Source: an uncultured Candidatus Peribacteria bacterium (GTDB taxonomy: Bacteria > Patescibacteriota > Gracilibacteria > Peribacterales > Peribacteraceae). From it: a DNA stretch of 64,000 bases. Made by a program: the position numbers and the translations under genes. The stretch is taken from contig CAYWPL010000002.1 of the NCBI GenBank assembly GCA_964460365.1, positions 90,349 to 154,348 on the forward strand, in the 5' to 3' direction. A model generated the notes under the pieces. That model searched no databases, was not told the origin of the DNA, and worked only from the letters and a program-made list of their open reading frames with translations. Shown in pieces: positions 8,759 to 18,126 of the stretch (position 1 is the stretch's first letter; each line of letters begins with the position of its first letter).

Positions 8759-9631
8759 ATGTTCTCCTTCAATCGCGTACACATCATCGGCTATCAGACG
8801 CAGCCCCTCAGCGTCCGTTCGACGCCCGGCGGCACGAGCGTCACCGACCTCAATTTGGTCGTGCCGTACAAATTCAAAACCGAGAGCGGCGAGATGCTCG
8901 ACGGCAAAGGTTTCCACACGATTACCCTCTGGGGCCCGATGTCGGAAGTCGCCGGACGTTTCGTGAAACCTGGAAGCCAGCTCTTCATCTCTGGTCGCCT
9001 CCAGACGGACAGCTGGGAGGATGAAAAGACGGGCGAGAAGCGCACCAGGACAAAAATCGTCGGCGTCGACATGATCCTGCTCGATCCCAAAGACGGCCAG
9101 ATCGCGATCCCGGAGGGCGCCAACATGGTCTCGCAGTGCCTCAACCGCGCCGATGTCATCGGCAACGTGACGCGCGAGCCCGAGATGCGCACCACCACGA
9201 ACGGTCAGCAGGTGCTGACGCTCGGTGTGGCCACCAACGAGCGCTGGAAGGACCGCCAGAGCGGACAGGACAAGGAGCGCACCGAGTTCCACAACATCGT
9301 CGTGTGGGGCGCGCTCGCCGAAGAGGTCGCCAAGACCATCCACAAGGGCAACCGCGTCTTCGTCACCGGCCGCGTGCAGACGCGCAGCTGGGAGACGAAG
9401 GAAGGCGCCAAGCGTTACACCACCGAGATCATCGCCGAGACCGTCGCGCTGCTCGGCGCGAAGAATCCAAAAGTGACGGACAACATCCAGATGGACGGCG
9501 CCCCGCAGGCGCGCGGATCGAACCAGGACGAGTCCTTCAGCCAGGACGTGCCCGCGCGTTCCAATCCGTCGGTCGAAGTCCCGCAGATCGCCTATGCCTC
9601 CGAGATCAAGCCGGAGGATCTGCCGTTCTGA
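8759..9631 (+). CDS. ssb: Single-stranded DNA-binding protein with two tandem OB folds
   Basis: ORF 8663-9631; internal ATG 8759 gives MFSFNRVHIIGYQTQ..., a typical SSB N-terminus. A second SSB-like module starts at LNRADVIGNVTREPEMRTTTNGQQVLTLGVATNERW...HNIVVWGALAEEV...VFVTGRVQTRSWE. A disordered tail ends in the acidic tip EDLPF. Confidence 0.9.
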   Translation: MFSFNRVHIIGYQTQPLSVRSTPGGTSVTDLNLVVPYKFKTESGEMLDGKGFHTITLWGPMSEVAGRFVKPGSQLFISGRLQTDSWEDEKTGEKRTRTKIVGVDMILLDPKDGQIAIPEGANMVSQCLNRADVIGNVTREPEMRTTTNGQQVLTLGVATNERWKDRQSGQDKERTEFHNIVVWGALAEEVAKTIHKGNRVFVTGRVQTRSWETKEGAKRYTTEIIAETVALLGAKNPKVTDNIQMDGAPQARGSNQDESFSQDVPARSNPSVEVPQIAYASEIKPEDLPF

Positions 9632-9649
9632 TCGTCCTTTCCATCAGCC

Positions 9650-9682
9650 AAAAAGAAGAGCCGCCCTCCGGAGCGGTTTTTC
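9650..9682. terminator. Possible bidirectional terminator between ssb and the convergent small ORF
   Basis: aaaaagaagaGCCGCcctccggaGCGGtttttcg: a short GC stem flanked by an A-run and a T-run. The stem is weak. Confidence 0.35.
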
Positions 9683-9684
9683 GT

Positions 9685-9951
9685 TCACATCCAATCGTTT
9701 CGGTTCACGTTCATGCCCGCGATTGCGCCCCATTCTATTGCCGCCAGCTTCGCGCGGAAGTCTTCCAGCAGTCCCGGGATGTCCTCACGCGCGTGCGGCG
9801 ATCCTCCTTCGACATGATACACGCCCGTCATCGCGTCGAAGACGATCATGTGCCGTGCGGGCGCGCAGTTGGGCAGCGCGCCGGGTGATGGCGGAATTTC
9901 CACGATAACCGCGTTGTCACCCGCCTCCGCGACGGGAAAATGCGACGGCAC
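9685..9951 (-). CDS. Small hypothetical protein
   Basis: 88-aa ORF (GTG start) with clear GC3 bias. The same frame looks coding for about 35 more codons upstream (...LSEAGIAPDSPAILRVEAQTGDTTVAARIAALRNRFN) but has no ATG/GTG/TTG there. No family recognised. Confidence 0.45.
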   Translation of the reverse strand: MPSHFPVAEAGDNAVIVEIPPSPGALPNCAPARHMIVFDAMTGVYHVEGGSPHAREDIPGLLEDFRAKLAAIEWGAIAGMNVNRNDWM

Positions 9952-10135
9952 GTTGAAACGATTCCGAAGCGCGGCGATCCGGGCGGCGACCGTAGTGTCG
10001 CCTGTCTGCGCCTCAACGCGTAGGATCGCGGGTGAGTCTGGAGCGATGCCGGCTTCCGACAGAGGAGGAGTGACGGGATCGGGGGATTTCTCCCCACGAT
10101 ACCCTCGGGCGTTCCGGGCGCAATTGCGCTTTACA

Positions 10136-11005
10136 TCACTCCGTCAGTTTTCCATCGTTGCCGTACAGGCGCATCTCGATCCCGGCGATCTGCGGAACGT
10201 TCTTTTTGATGAGTGTTGTCATGCGGATCAAGTCGTCGAACGTCGCGTTGCCGACGTTGAGTAGAAAGTTTGCGTGCTTCTTTGCGATCTGCACGCCGCC
10301 TTCGGTATGGCCGCGCAGACCCGCCGCTTCGATCAATTTCCACGCGGGCGTGCCGTCGGGCAGTGCCTTGAAGCATGAGCCAGCGGTCTTGATGTGCGGC
10401 TGCGTCTCGAATCTTTTTTTGAGCAGCCGTTCGATCTCGGCTTTCACCTCCGCTTCGGGCCGCGAGGGCACTTCCAGCTCGGCTTCCCAGATGATCGGGG
10501 GCGTGTCGGTATCCTTGAATAAGCTCTCACGGTAGCGAAAATCACACTCCTCCCTCGTCAGCGTCCGCCACTGGCCGTCGAGCAGCACCGTGACGTGCCG
10601 CACGTAGGTATTCAGCCAGATACCCAGCGGACCCTGACCCGCATTGCCGAAGAGCGCGCCGCCGAGCGTGCCGGGGATGCCGGTGAGCGTCGAGAGATCC
10701 AAATTTGCTTTTGCGAGATCGTTGAGCAGGCTCGCAAGGATCTTCCCCGCCTCCACGCGCACGAGGTTTCCATCAACAGTCATCTTGTCGTTTTTCAGCC
10801 GGATGACGAGCGCGTTGATCTCGCCGTCAGCGAACACGGTGTTCGATCCCCCGCCGAGGACGATGAGCGGGACGTTCTTTTCCTTCGCAAATTGCACGGC
10901 CTCCTCTGCATCCGCCTGTGTCACAACATCTGCATACCAGCGCGCCTTGCCGCCGATGCGCATGGTCGTCTTTCCGCCGACGGAGACGAGTTCCTGGATC
11001 TGCAT
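10136..11005 (-). CDS. murB: UDP-N-acetylenolpyruvoylglucosamine reductase
   Basis: 289 aa. Typical MurB N-terminus (TTMRIGGKARWYADV), FAD-binding PLIVLGGGSNTVF, and a MurB C-terminal domain (KTAGSCFKALPDG..AWKLIEAAGLRG..GG). Confidence 0.9.
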   Translation of the reverse strand: MQIQELVSVGGKTTMRIGGKARWYADVVTQADAEEAVQFAKEKNVPLIVLGGGSNTVFADGEINALVIRLKNDKMTVDGNLVRVEAGKILASLLNDLAKANLDLSTLTGIPGTLGGALFGNAGQGPLGIWLNTYVRHVTVLLDGQWRTLTREECDFRYRESLFKDTDTPPIIWEAELEVPSRPEAEVKAEIERLLKKRFETQPHIKTAGSCFKALPDGTPAWKLIEAAGLRGHTEGGVQIAKKHANFLLNVGNATFDDLIRMTTLIKKNVPQIAGIEMRLYGNDGKLTE

Positions 11006-11051
11006 AACGACAGTTTACCTCACTTGGTGTTTTGTTTGCTGACGCTGAGTC

Positions 11052-11081
11052 TCTCTTTTCTTGTGGCGACAAGAAAAGAGA
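11052..11081. repeat. Perfect 13-bp-stem palindrome in the murB upstream spacer
   Basis: tctcttttcttgt-ggcg-acaagaaaagaga. It shares the core TTGT-GCGACAA with the palindrome at 11425-11448. Confidence 0.8.
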
Positions 11082-11424
11082 CAAAAGAAGCGCTCCGCGC
11101 GCCAAGCCCCGGCGGCTCCAACGGAAGCCAAGGTATGTGCCACTGGTGCCAACCTATTTTGGTCATGATGGACGCCGCCGGCCACTAACCGGCAGTGGCG
11201 CGCGGAAAACCCCGTACAGGTCAGCACGACCAGCGGAAGCAAAACAAAACATCACACACCTATTTCCGGAACCCGGCACCTTACACGGAGGTTGAGCATG
11301 CGAGCGCTTCTCGTAAGAAGCGTGAATCATGCGAATGCGCTTTCTTGCTCCCAGCGGCAAGCTCTCGAGCGCAAGCCAAGAGGCGATGCGCGAGTGGCTT
11401 GCTGCGCAGTCCCTTTAGGGAGGC

Positions 11425-11448
11425 ACTTCTTTGTCGCGACAAAGAAGT
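11425..11448 (-). terminator. 24-nt perfect palindrome just downstream of the gltX stop (hairpin terminator candidate, no U-tract)
   Basis: acttctttgtcg/cgacaaagaagt, lying 22 nt after the gltX TAG (11470-11472) on the minus strand. Confidence 0.45.
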
Positions 11449-11469
11449 ACCGACCCGGCGTCAGCCGCA

Positions 11470-12936
11470 CTACACCAGTTTCGCCGCAGCCTTGAGCCGT
11501 TTCACCGTCTCTTCTTTTCCGAGGCCATCAGCCACCTCAAACGCTCCGGGACTGTACGGAAGTCCTGTCAGCGCCGCGCGCATCGGCCACAGCACCTGGC
11601 CGTTTTTGAATCCGCGCTCCTTGATTTCAGGAATCAGAATGTCCTCCAGATACTGCGCGCCCCAGTCGTCGTCCCGATCATCATCCAGCATGTCGAGCAG
11701 CAGCTCGAATACCTTGGGGAGGATCTCGCGCGTCGCTTTCTGCTTCTCGTTCACCAGCAGATCGACGTTGATCGCGGGTGTCTCGTAGAAGTAGCCCATC
11801 ATGTCCGGCGCTTCCTTGAGGAACGTGATGCGCTCGTGGATCAATCCGGCTTTGTGGATGAAACACTCGTCATTTTTGGCCTCGGGATAGCGTGCGAAGA
11901 CGAGATCCTGGATGCGGGACGCGAAGTCCGTGATCGGCATTTTCCTGATCCACTGGCCCTGCAGCCAGTCGAGCTTCTCCGTATCAAACACCGCGCCGGA
12001 CTTCTGCACGCGATCCAGCGAGAACTGCTCTACGAGTTCGTCCATCGTGAAAATTTCTTGGGTCGTGCCCGGGTTCCATCCGAGCAGCGCAAGGAAGTTC
12101 AGCAGTGCTTCGGGCAGGTAGCCCTTCTCGATGTACTCGCCGACGGAGACCGAGTTCTGGCGCTTGCTCAGCTTGGACTTATCTTTATTGAGCAGCAGCG
12201 GAACGTGCGCGTAGCGCGGCAGCGGCCAGCCGAAATATTCGAAGAGCAGCAGGTGCTTGGGCAGCGAGCTCAGCCACTCCTCGCCGCGCATCACCAAATC
12301 AATCTCCATCAGGTGATCATCCACAACATGCGCAAGATGATACGTGGGGAAGCCGTCGCTCTTCAGCAGCACCTGGTCGTCCACCGTATGGCCCTGGAAG
12401 CTCACTTTGCCGCGGATGTCGTCCTCGAACGTGAGTGTGCGCTCGTGCGGCACGTTCATGCGGATCACGTGCGGCGCGCCCTCGGCGAGCTTTGCGTCGA
12501 CCTGCTCTTTTGTCAGCTTCTTGCAGAGCCGGTCGTACATCGGCGCTTGCTTGCGCTCCTCCTGTCCTTTGCGCATCTCATCCAGACGCTGCGACGTGCA
12601 GAAGCAGTGGTACGCATGGCCCTTGGCTAGCAGCTCGTCGGCGTACTTGCGGTAGAGCGGCAGGCGCTCGGACTGGAAATACGGCCCGTGGCGGCCCTGC
12701 TGCGAAACGATGCCGTTATCCAGCACTACGCCCTCCTGCGGATCAAGGCCGGCCCAATGCAGGGCTTCCAGGATGTTCTCCACGGCGCCCGCGACGCTGC
12801 GTGCCTGATCGGTGTCTTCGATGCGCAGCAGAAACGTGCCTTTGGTCTGGCGGGCGAGCAGGACGTTATACAGCGCGGTGCGCAGTCCTCCGATGTGGAG
12901 GAAGCCGGTGGGCGACGGAGGAAAGCGGGTGCGCAT
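11470..12936 (-). CDS. gltX: Glutamyl-tRNA synthetase
   Basis: ORF 11470-12966; ATG 12936 gives MRTRFPPSPTGFLHIGGLRTALYN (HIGH motif). KLSKR (KMSKS-like) is present and the full-length class I GluRS pattern is recognisable. Confidence 0.92.
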   Translation of the reverse strand: MRTRFPPSPTGFLHIGGLRTALYNVLLARQTKGTFLLRIEDTDQARSVAGAVENILEALHWAGLDPQEGVVLDNGIVSQQGRHGPYFQSERLPLYRKYADELLAKGHAYHCFCTSQRLDEMRKGQEERKQAPMYDRLCKKLTKEQVDAKLAEGAPHVIRMNVPHERTLTFEDDIRGKVSFQGHTVDDQVLLKSDGFPTYHLAHVVDDHLMEIDLVMRGEEWLSSLPKHLLLFEYFGWPLPRYAHVPLLLNKDKSKLSKRQNSVSVGEYIEKGYLPEALLNFLALLGWNPGTTQEIFTMDELVEQFSLDRVQKSGAVFDTEKLDWLQGQWIRKMPITDFASRIQDLVFARYPEAKNDECFIHKAGLIHERITFLKEAPDMMGYFYETPAINVDLLVNEKQKATREILPKVFELLLDMLDDDRDDDWGAQYLEDILIPEIKERGFKNGQVLWPMRAALTGLPYSPGAFEVADGLGKEETVKRLKAAAKLV

Positions 12937-13005
12937 TGGCAGGCAGGATAGCGCCTCGCACCGCAAAAAGCAGCGGGTAACGGAGGCTCAGCAACGGTTC
13001 CCGGC

Positions 13006-13815
13006 TCAGTTCTGGACCTTCATCGTGAAGGTGACCTTCTCCTCGGGGTAATCCGACGCGTCGCGCGGCAGGCGGGCGATGCTCTCGACGACGTCGAGGC
13101 CGCTGATCACCTTGCCGAAGACCGTGTGCTTGCCCTCCAGCCAGGGCGTCCCCTCGGGAGCCTGGATCAGGAAGAACTGGCTGCCGTTCGTATCCGGGCC
13201 GCGGTTCGCCATGGCGATCGCGCCGCGGGACATGGGCAGGGAGTTAAGCTTGTCGTTGTACTTGTAGTTCTGCTGCTCGTAGAACGCCTTGAGCGTCATG
13301 TTCTCGATTTCATCCGGCAGCTCATCTGGGTTCGCGACGTCCTTGAGGATCTTCTTGTCGAGGCCATAGCTGTTGGCGTTCATCTCATCCTCGAAGTTGG
13401 GACCGAAGACGCTCTCGCCGCCCGAGCCGCTTCCCAGCGGGTCGCCGCCCTGGATCATGAAATCGGGGATGATGCGGTGGAACGTGAGGCCGTCGTAGAA
13501 ACCGGCCTTGGCCAGCGCGACGAAGTTCGTGACGGTCTTGGGCGCGGCGTCGGCATCCAGCTCCAGGGCGATGTCGCCCTTGGTCGTCTTCATGATCACG
13601 ACGTGCTTGCCCGAGAGCATCGTGCCGTCGAAGTCGGCGCGCGCCTTGGCCAAAGCCGCCTGCGTCTTCGCGGCGTTGTCATCGGCGGTGGGGGTGTCGG
13701 CGGCGGACAACGTCGCTCCCGCGGAGCTGGTCGAATCGGTGGTCGGAGTCGCGGGAGCGCTGCAGCTCACGAGAAGAAAAGCCAGCGCGAAAAGCGGGAT
13801 GATGAATTTATACAT
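13006..13815 (-). CDS. Cyclophilin-type peptidyl-prolyl isomerase, lipoprotein
   Basis: 269 aa. Lipobox MYKFIIPLFALAFLLVSC. Cyclophilin core FHRIIPDFMIQGGDP...GSQFFL. Confidence 0.9.
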   Translation of the reverse strand: MYKFIIPLFALAFLLVSCSAPATPTTDSTSSAGATLSAADTPTADDNAAKTQAALAKARADFDGTMLSGKHVVIMKTTKGDIALELDADAAPKTVTNFVALAKAGFYDGLTFHRIIPDFMIQGGDPLGSGSGGESVFGPNFEDEMNANSYGLDKKILKDVANPDELPDEIENMTLKAFYEQQNYKYNDKLNSLPMSRGAIAMANRGPDTNGSQFFLIQAPEGTPWLEGKHTVFGKVISGLDVVESIARLPRDASDYPEEKVTFTMKVQN

Positions 13816-13891
13816 AGCTGAGGAAGAGTACTGACGCGCCCCGTCCCGCGCAACAGAGCAGACATCATTTCACATAGTTTGGCGACTCGCG

Positions 13892-14992
13892 TCACCGGGT
13901 CATTTTTTTCGCCGCTTCGGCGATGGCGGCAGCGATGCGCTCCGCCGCATCGGGCATCGCGAGTGTGAATGCTTTCTTGCCCATCGTCGCGCGGCGATCG
14001 CGGTCCTGCGCGAGCGACGTCACCGCGGCCACCAGTGTGCGGTCGAGTTCGGTCTGATGCAGCATCACGCAGCCGCCCGTGCGGCACGCCGCGAGCGCGT
14101 TACACAACTGATGATCCTGCGCGAGTCCCCTTAGGGGCACGAGCAGCGCGGGGATGCCGCAGCGCGCGAGTTCGCTCAGCGTTCCCGCGCCCGCGCGGCT
14201 CAGCGCGAAGTCGCTCAGCGCGTACAGATCGGCCAGCTGGTCCTGCACGAACTCCCGCGCCCAGTAGCCGGGACGTCCGGCGATGCCGCCTTTGCCGCGT
14301 CCCGTCAGATGGATGATGTCGGCGTGTTCCAGCAGCGCTTCGAGATGCTTCGTCACGGCGTCGTTGATCGCCTGCGCGCCCTGGCTGCCGCCGAGCACGA
14401 TCAGCACCGGACGTTTGCCAGAGAATCCCGTGATCGCCATGCCGCGTCCGCGCGCGCCGTTGCCGATGGACGGCCGTACCGGATTCCCGGTGAAGACGCA
14501 CTGCGCATTCGAGAGCGGATAGCCGCTGACGAGCCGCATCGTTCCTCCCGTCAGCGGAGTGCCGTCGCGTTTGTGCTGGGGAAAACCCAGACACACGGTG
14601 TGCGCCCAGCGGGCGATCAGCTTGTTGGCGCGTCCGCTCACGGCGTCGGACTCGTGCAGCACCACGGGGAGGCCGAGCGACCGCGCGGCGAGCGTCACGG
14701 GCACGCTCAGCAGGCCGCCTTTGCCGAAGACGACATCCGGCTTCCACTGTTTCATCAGCGCGCGCGATTGCCAGATGGCCTTGAGCATCCGGAGGAACGA
14801 CATCCGCCTGTCCGCGAGCGGCGTGAACGCCACCTTCTCTTTGCGCAGGAACTCGGCCTCTTCGTCCTGGTTCGTGCAGATGAAGTGCGCGGCTGCGTCC
14901 GGGTGACTCGCCTGCGCCGCGCGCCACACCGACACGCAGGGCGCGACATGCCCGATCGATCCTCCGCCGACGAAGAGTATGCGGAGTCTCAT
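13892..14992 (-). CDS. murG: Lipid II synthase MurG (UDP-GlcNAc transferase)
   Basis: ORF to 15013; ATG 14992 gives [18 protein letters not shown] (G-loop). LGGSQGA motif present. The start shares one nucleotide with the ftsW stop (TGATG). Confidence 0.88.
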   Translation of the reverse strand: MRLRILFVGGGSIGHVAPCVSVWRAAQASHPDAAAHFICTNQDEEAEFLRKEKVAFTPLADRRMSFLRMLKAIWQSRALMKQWKPDVVFGKGGLLSVPVTLAARSLGLPVVLHESDAVSGRANKLIARWAHTVCLGFPQHKRDGTPLTGGTMRLVSGYPLSNAQCVFTGNPVRPSIGNGARGRGMAITGFSGKRPVLIVLGGSQGAQAINDAVTKHLEALLEHADIIHLTGRGKGGIAGRPGYWAREFVQDQLADLYALSDFALSRAGAGTLSELARCGIPALLVPLRGLAQDHQLCNALAACRTGGCVMLHQTELDRTLVAAVTSLAQDRDRRATMGKKAFTLAMPDAAERIAAAIAEAAKKMTR

Positions 14993-16179
14993 CAGGCGTG
15001 GCGGAGAAGCCACCCGCCCGTCCTCCTCTTATTGCGCCGTGCGAGGCTCGCCTCTTCTGTCGAGTGCGCGGAGATGTTCAGCAGGATGCCGACGCCCGCG
15101 AGCAGCGTCATCAGCGATGACCCGCCGTAGCTGATGAACGGCAGCGTGAGGCCCGTGAGCGGAAAGATGCCGAGGTTGACCATGATGTTCACCATCGTCT
15201 GCGCTGCGATCCAGGTGGTGATGCCCGCGGCCAGCAGGAAGCCGAAGCGGTCGGGCGCATTCTGCGCGATGCGGTATCCGCGGAACACCAGGATGCCGTA
15301 CATAAAGAGGATGATGAGCAGGCGCATGAATCCGAGTTCCTCCGCCATCACCGCGAAGATCATGTCGCCTTGCACTTCCGGCAGATACCCGAACTTCTGG
15401 ATGGATTTGCCGTATCCCACGCCGAAGAATCCGCCGCTGCCGATGGAGAGCAGCGCCTGGCAGATCTGATACCCCGCCGTCTCGCAGATCTTCGTGTCTT
15501 CCGGATGCAGCAGGATCGCAAGGAACGCGACGAAGCGCGCGCGGACATACTGCTTCTGCAAAATGATCGGCAGGCCGAAGGCGCCCGCAAGCCCGCCGCC
15601 GAGGCCGAGGTGCAGGATATTCCCGCCCGCGATGTAGAACATCACGCCCGCGATGATCGAGAGTACAAGGAAGGAGCCGAGGTCCGGCTGGATGGCGACG
15701 AGGATCGTGCTGACCATCAGCAGCGATACGAACGGGATGAAGCCGTCTTTGAACGTGCCGATCAGCTGTTCGCGCTTTTGCAGCCACACCGACAGATAGA
15801 AGATGAACGTCAGCTTGAGCACCTCCGACGGCTGGAGCGAGAACGGGCCCAGGCGCAGCCAGCTGCGCGACGTGCCCCAGTTGGCGCCGAAGCCCGGGAT
15901 GAGCGTCATGATGAGCAGGACAATCGTGCACAGATACAGCGGGCGCGCGAAGCGCTCCCACACGCGGTATGGGATCGCGGCCGTCACCAACATCAACGTC
16001 ATGCCGAGCGTGACGTGAATGAACGTGCGCCACAGATAGAAGGAGTTGCTCCCGAAGCCCGTGAGCTGGAGGGTCAACTGATAGCTCTCGAAGACGCTCA
16101 CGCTCGCGATCATGGCGAGCCCGAACAGCGTGAGCACCACCGTGATGCCGAGCAGGAGAAGGTCAATGCGGCGGAACAT
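14992..16179 (-). CDS. ftsW: SEDS-family peptidoglycan polymerase (FtsW/RodA)
   Basis: 395 aa, about 10 TM segments, conserved LQPSEVLK and SYGGSS motifs, directly upstream of murG. Confidence 0.88.
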   Translation of the reverse strand: MFRRIDLLLLGITVVLTLFGLAMIASVSVFESYQLTLQLTGFGSNSFYLWRTFIHVTLGMTLMLVTAAIPYRVWERFARPLYLCTIVLLIMTLIPGFGANWGTSRSWLRLGPFSLQPSEVLKLTFIFYLSVWLQKREQLIGTFKDGFIPFVSLLMVSTILVAIQPDLGSFLVLSIIAGVMFYIAGGNILHLGLGGGLAGAFGLPIILQKQYVRARFVAFLAILLHPEDTKICETAGYQICQALLSIGSGGFFGVGYGKSIQKFGYLPEVQGDMIFAVMAEELGFMRLLIILFMYGILVFRGYRIAQNAPDRFGFLLAAGITTWIAAQTMVNIMVNLGIFPLTGLTLPFISYGGSSLMTLLAGVGILLNISAHSTEEASLARRNKRRTGGWLLRHA

Positions 16180-16205
16180 GGCAAGGAAGTATAGACTGCA
16201 CCGGC

Positions 16206-16649
16206 ATGTCCGTCCTCTGGATCACCGCCGGGCTTTCCTTTGCCGCTTCCTTCGCGGGGAAGCTGCTCGCCGACCGGTTCCTGCACGGGCGGTTTCCCAT
16301 TATCGGCTCGTTCGCCGGCCTGGAATACTCGCTCAACCCGGGCGTGGCGTTCAGCATCATGCTTCCTCCCGCCATTCAGATACCAGTCATCCTCGCGGCG
16401 CTGGCGCTGCTCTCCGTCGTGGCACTGCGCACGGCGAAGACGCGGCTCAACCGCACCGGTTTCGGGCTCATCATCGGGGGGGCGCTGGGCAATATCGCGG
16501 ACCGGCTCGTCGATGGAAAAGTGACGGATTTTTTCCAGGTTGGGACGTTCCCCATCTTCAACGTTGCCGACAGCTGTATCACGATCGGCGTGTGCGTTTT
16601 GCTTGCCGAAATGATTCTCCAGCGTCTCGCGGCCCGAGCGAAGCTCTGA
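16206..16649 (+). CDS. lspA: Lipoprotein signal peptidase II
   Basis: 147 aa. Motifs [32 protein letters not shown]. Confidence 0.9.
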   Translation: MSVLWITAGLSFAASFAGKLLADRFLHGRFPIIGSFAGLEYSLNPGVAFSIMLPPAIQIPVILAALALLSVVALRTAKTRLNRTGFGLIIGGALGNIADRLVDGKVTDFFQVGTFPIFNVADSCITIGVCVLLAEMILQRLAARAKL

Positions 16650-16739
16650 GAGGGCTTGTGTGGGGCTTGCGGCAGCGCCGCGGGGGAGATGGACTTTGTC
16701 CATGTAATCCGGGCCTGTTTGCGCTACACTCGTAGCTCT

Positions 16740-18008
16740 ATGGATGTCCGCTACCGCGTAACGGGGGGAATCCCTCTTGTCGGTGACGTCACGATCGGCG
16801 GCTCGAAAAACGCGGCGCTCCCACTGATCGCGGGCGCCCTCCTCGCTGAGGGCGAGACCGTGTTCCATAACGTGCCGTGCCTGCGCGACACGGTGGCGAT
16901 GCTCAAGATTCTGGATTTCCTCGGAGCGGAGACGAGCTTCGAGAACGGTACCATGCGTATCCGTGCCGAGAAGCTCCGCAGCCAGCCCATCCCCGCCGAG
17001 TACGTTTCCTCGCTGCGCGGGTCCATCGTTCTGCTCGGTCCGCTGCTCGCGCGCTTCGGCGTCGTCGAGATGGCCTATCCCGGTGGCTGCGTGCTGGGCA
17101 AGCGCCCGGTGCAGGCGCATATCGCCGCCTTCGAGCAGATGGGCGCACAGAATATGAGCACGGATGAAGTCCTGCACCTGCAGGGCACGCTCAAGCCGGC
17201 GCACGTCGTCCTGCCGGAATTCTCCGTCACTGCCACCGAGAACGTCATCCTCGCCGCCGCGCTGTTGCCGGGCGAGACGCGCATCGACCTCGCCGCTGGC
17301 GAGCCGCACGTGCAGGACGTCGAAATGCTCGTGACGCAGATGGGCGCGGAGGTGGACGGCATCGGCTCGCATACGGTCATCGTGCGCGGCAAGAAGCCGC
17401 TCAAGGGCGTCGAGCACACCGTCATCTCCGATTATCTGGAAGCGGGCGTCATGATCCTCGCCGCCATCGTCACGCACGGCAAACTGCGTCTCCACGGCGT
17501 CGACCCCGAACACCTGCTCTCGTTCCTGGACGCGCTGCGCCGCTTCGGCTGTGTCTGGAAGTACGATGCTGCCGAGCACACTCTTCTCGTCGACGGCGAA
17601 CTGTCGTCCATCCAGGCGATGAACGTGCGCACCAATATCTTCCCGGGCTTTCCCACCGACCTCCAGGCTCCTATGGGCGTCACAATGACGCAGGCCAAGG
17701 GCGTTAGCCGCATGTTCGAGCGTCTCTACGAGGGACGGCTCGCGTACCTGTATGAACTGGAAAAAATGGGCGCGCACATCGAGGTGCTCAACGCGCATCA
17801 GGCGCTGATCATCGGACCCACGCCGCTCAAGGGACGCATCGTGGCGAGCAACGACATCCGCGCCGGCGCCGCGATGGTGCTGGCTGCTCTCTGCGCCGAA
17901 GGCGAGACGACCATCACCGATGTCCGCTACATCGAGCGGGGCTACGACCGTCTGGACGAGAAGCTGCGGGCCCTCGGGGCCAGAATGGAGCGCATTGAAG
18001 TGGCGTGA
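16740..18008 (+). CDS. murA: UDP-N-acetylglucosamine 1-carboxyvinyltransferase
   Basis: ORF from 16656; ATG 16740 gives MDVRYRVTGGIPLVGDVTIGGSKNAALPL. Active-site region PGGCVLGKRPV. Full-length MurA pattern. Confidence 0.92.
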   Translation: MDVRYRVTGGIPLVGDVTIGGSKNAALPLIAGALLAEGETVFHNVPCLRDTVAMLKILDFLGAETSFENGTMRIRAEKLRSQPIPAEYVSSLRGSIVLLGPLLARFGVVEMAYPGGCVLGKRPVQAHIAAFEQMGAQNMSTDEVLHLQGTLKPAHVVLPEFSVTATENVILAAALLPGETRIDLAAGEPHVQDVEMLVTQMGAEVDGIGSHTVIVRGKKPLKGVEHTVISDYLEAGVMILAAIVTHGKLRLHGVDPEHLLSFLDALRRFGCVWKYDAAEHTLLVDGELSSIQAMNVRTNIFPGFPTDLQAPMGVTMTQAKGVSRMFERLYEGRLAYLYELEKMGAHIEVLNAHQALIIGPTPLKGRIVASNDIRAGAAMVLAALCAEGETTITDVRYIERGYDRLDEKLRALGARMERIEVA

Positions 18009-18126
18009 GGGCAGAGGGCATTTTGAAGTAGCAGAAAACCTCGTATTGGCTACTGCCATCTGCCATCTGATCTCTTGCCGGTTCTATCTTTTCGTTTCTC
18101 CCTATCTGTTCTATCATAGCTGACGA

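Noticed and set aside
11082-11424. Possible SRP RNA or RNase P RNA in the murB-gltX spacer (caGGTCAGcacgaccagcGGAAGCA resembles the SRP domain IV strands; GGAACCCGGC resembles RNase P CR-V)
   Set aside because: The spacing and pairing do not reproduce the conserved helix 8 with GNRA loop. The two RNase P-like strings are only about 60 nt apart with no GGAAAGUCCGG box. I treat these as chance matches pending a covariance-model search.
16110-18059. 649-aa ORF on the minus strand covering lspA and murA
   Set aside because: It is antisense to two genes with unmistakable family motifs. Its composition is Arg/Ala/Gly/His/Asp-rich, typical of shadow frames in GC-rich DNA.
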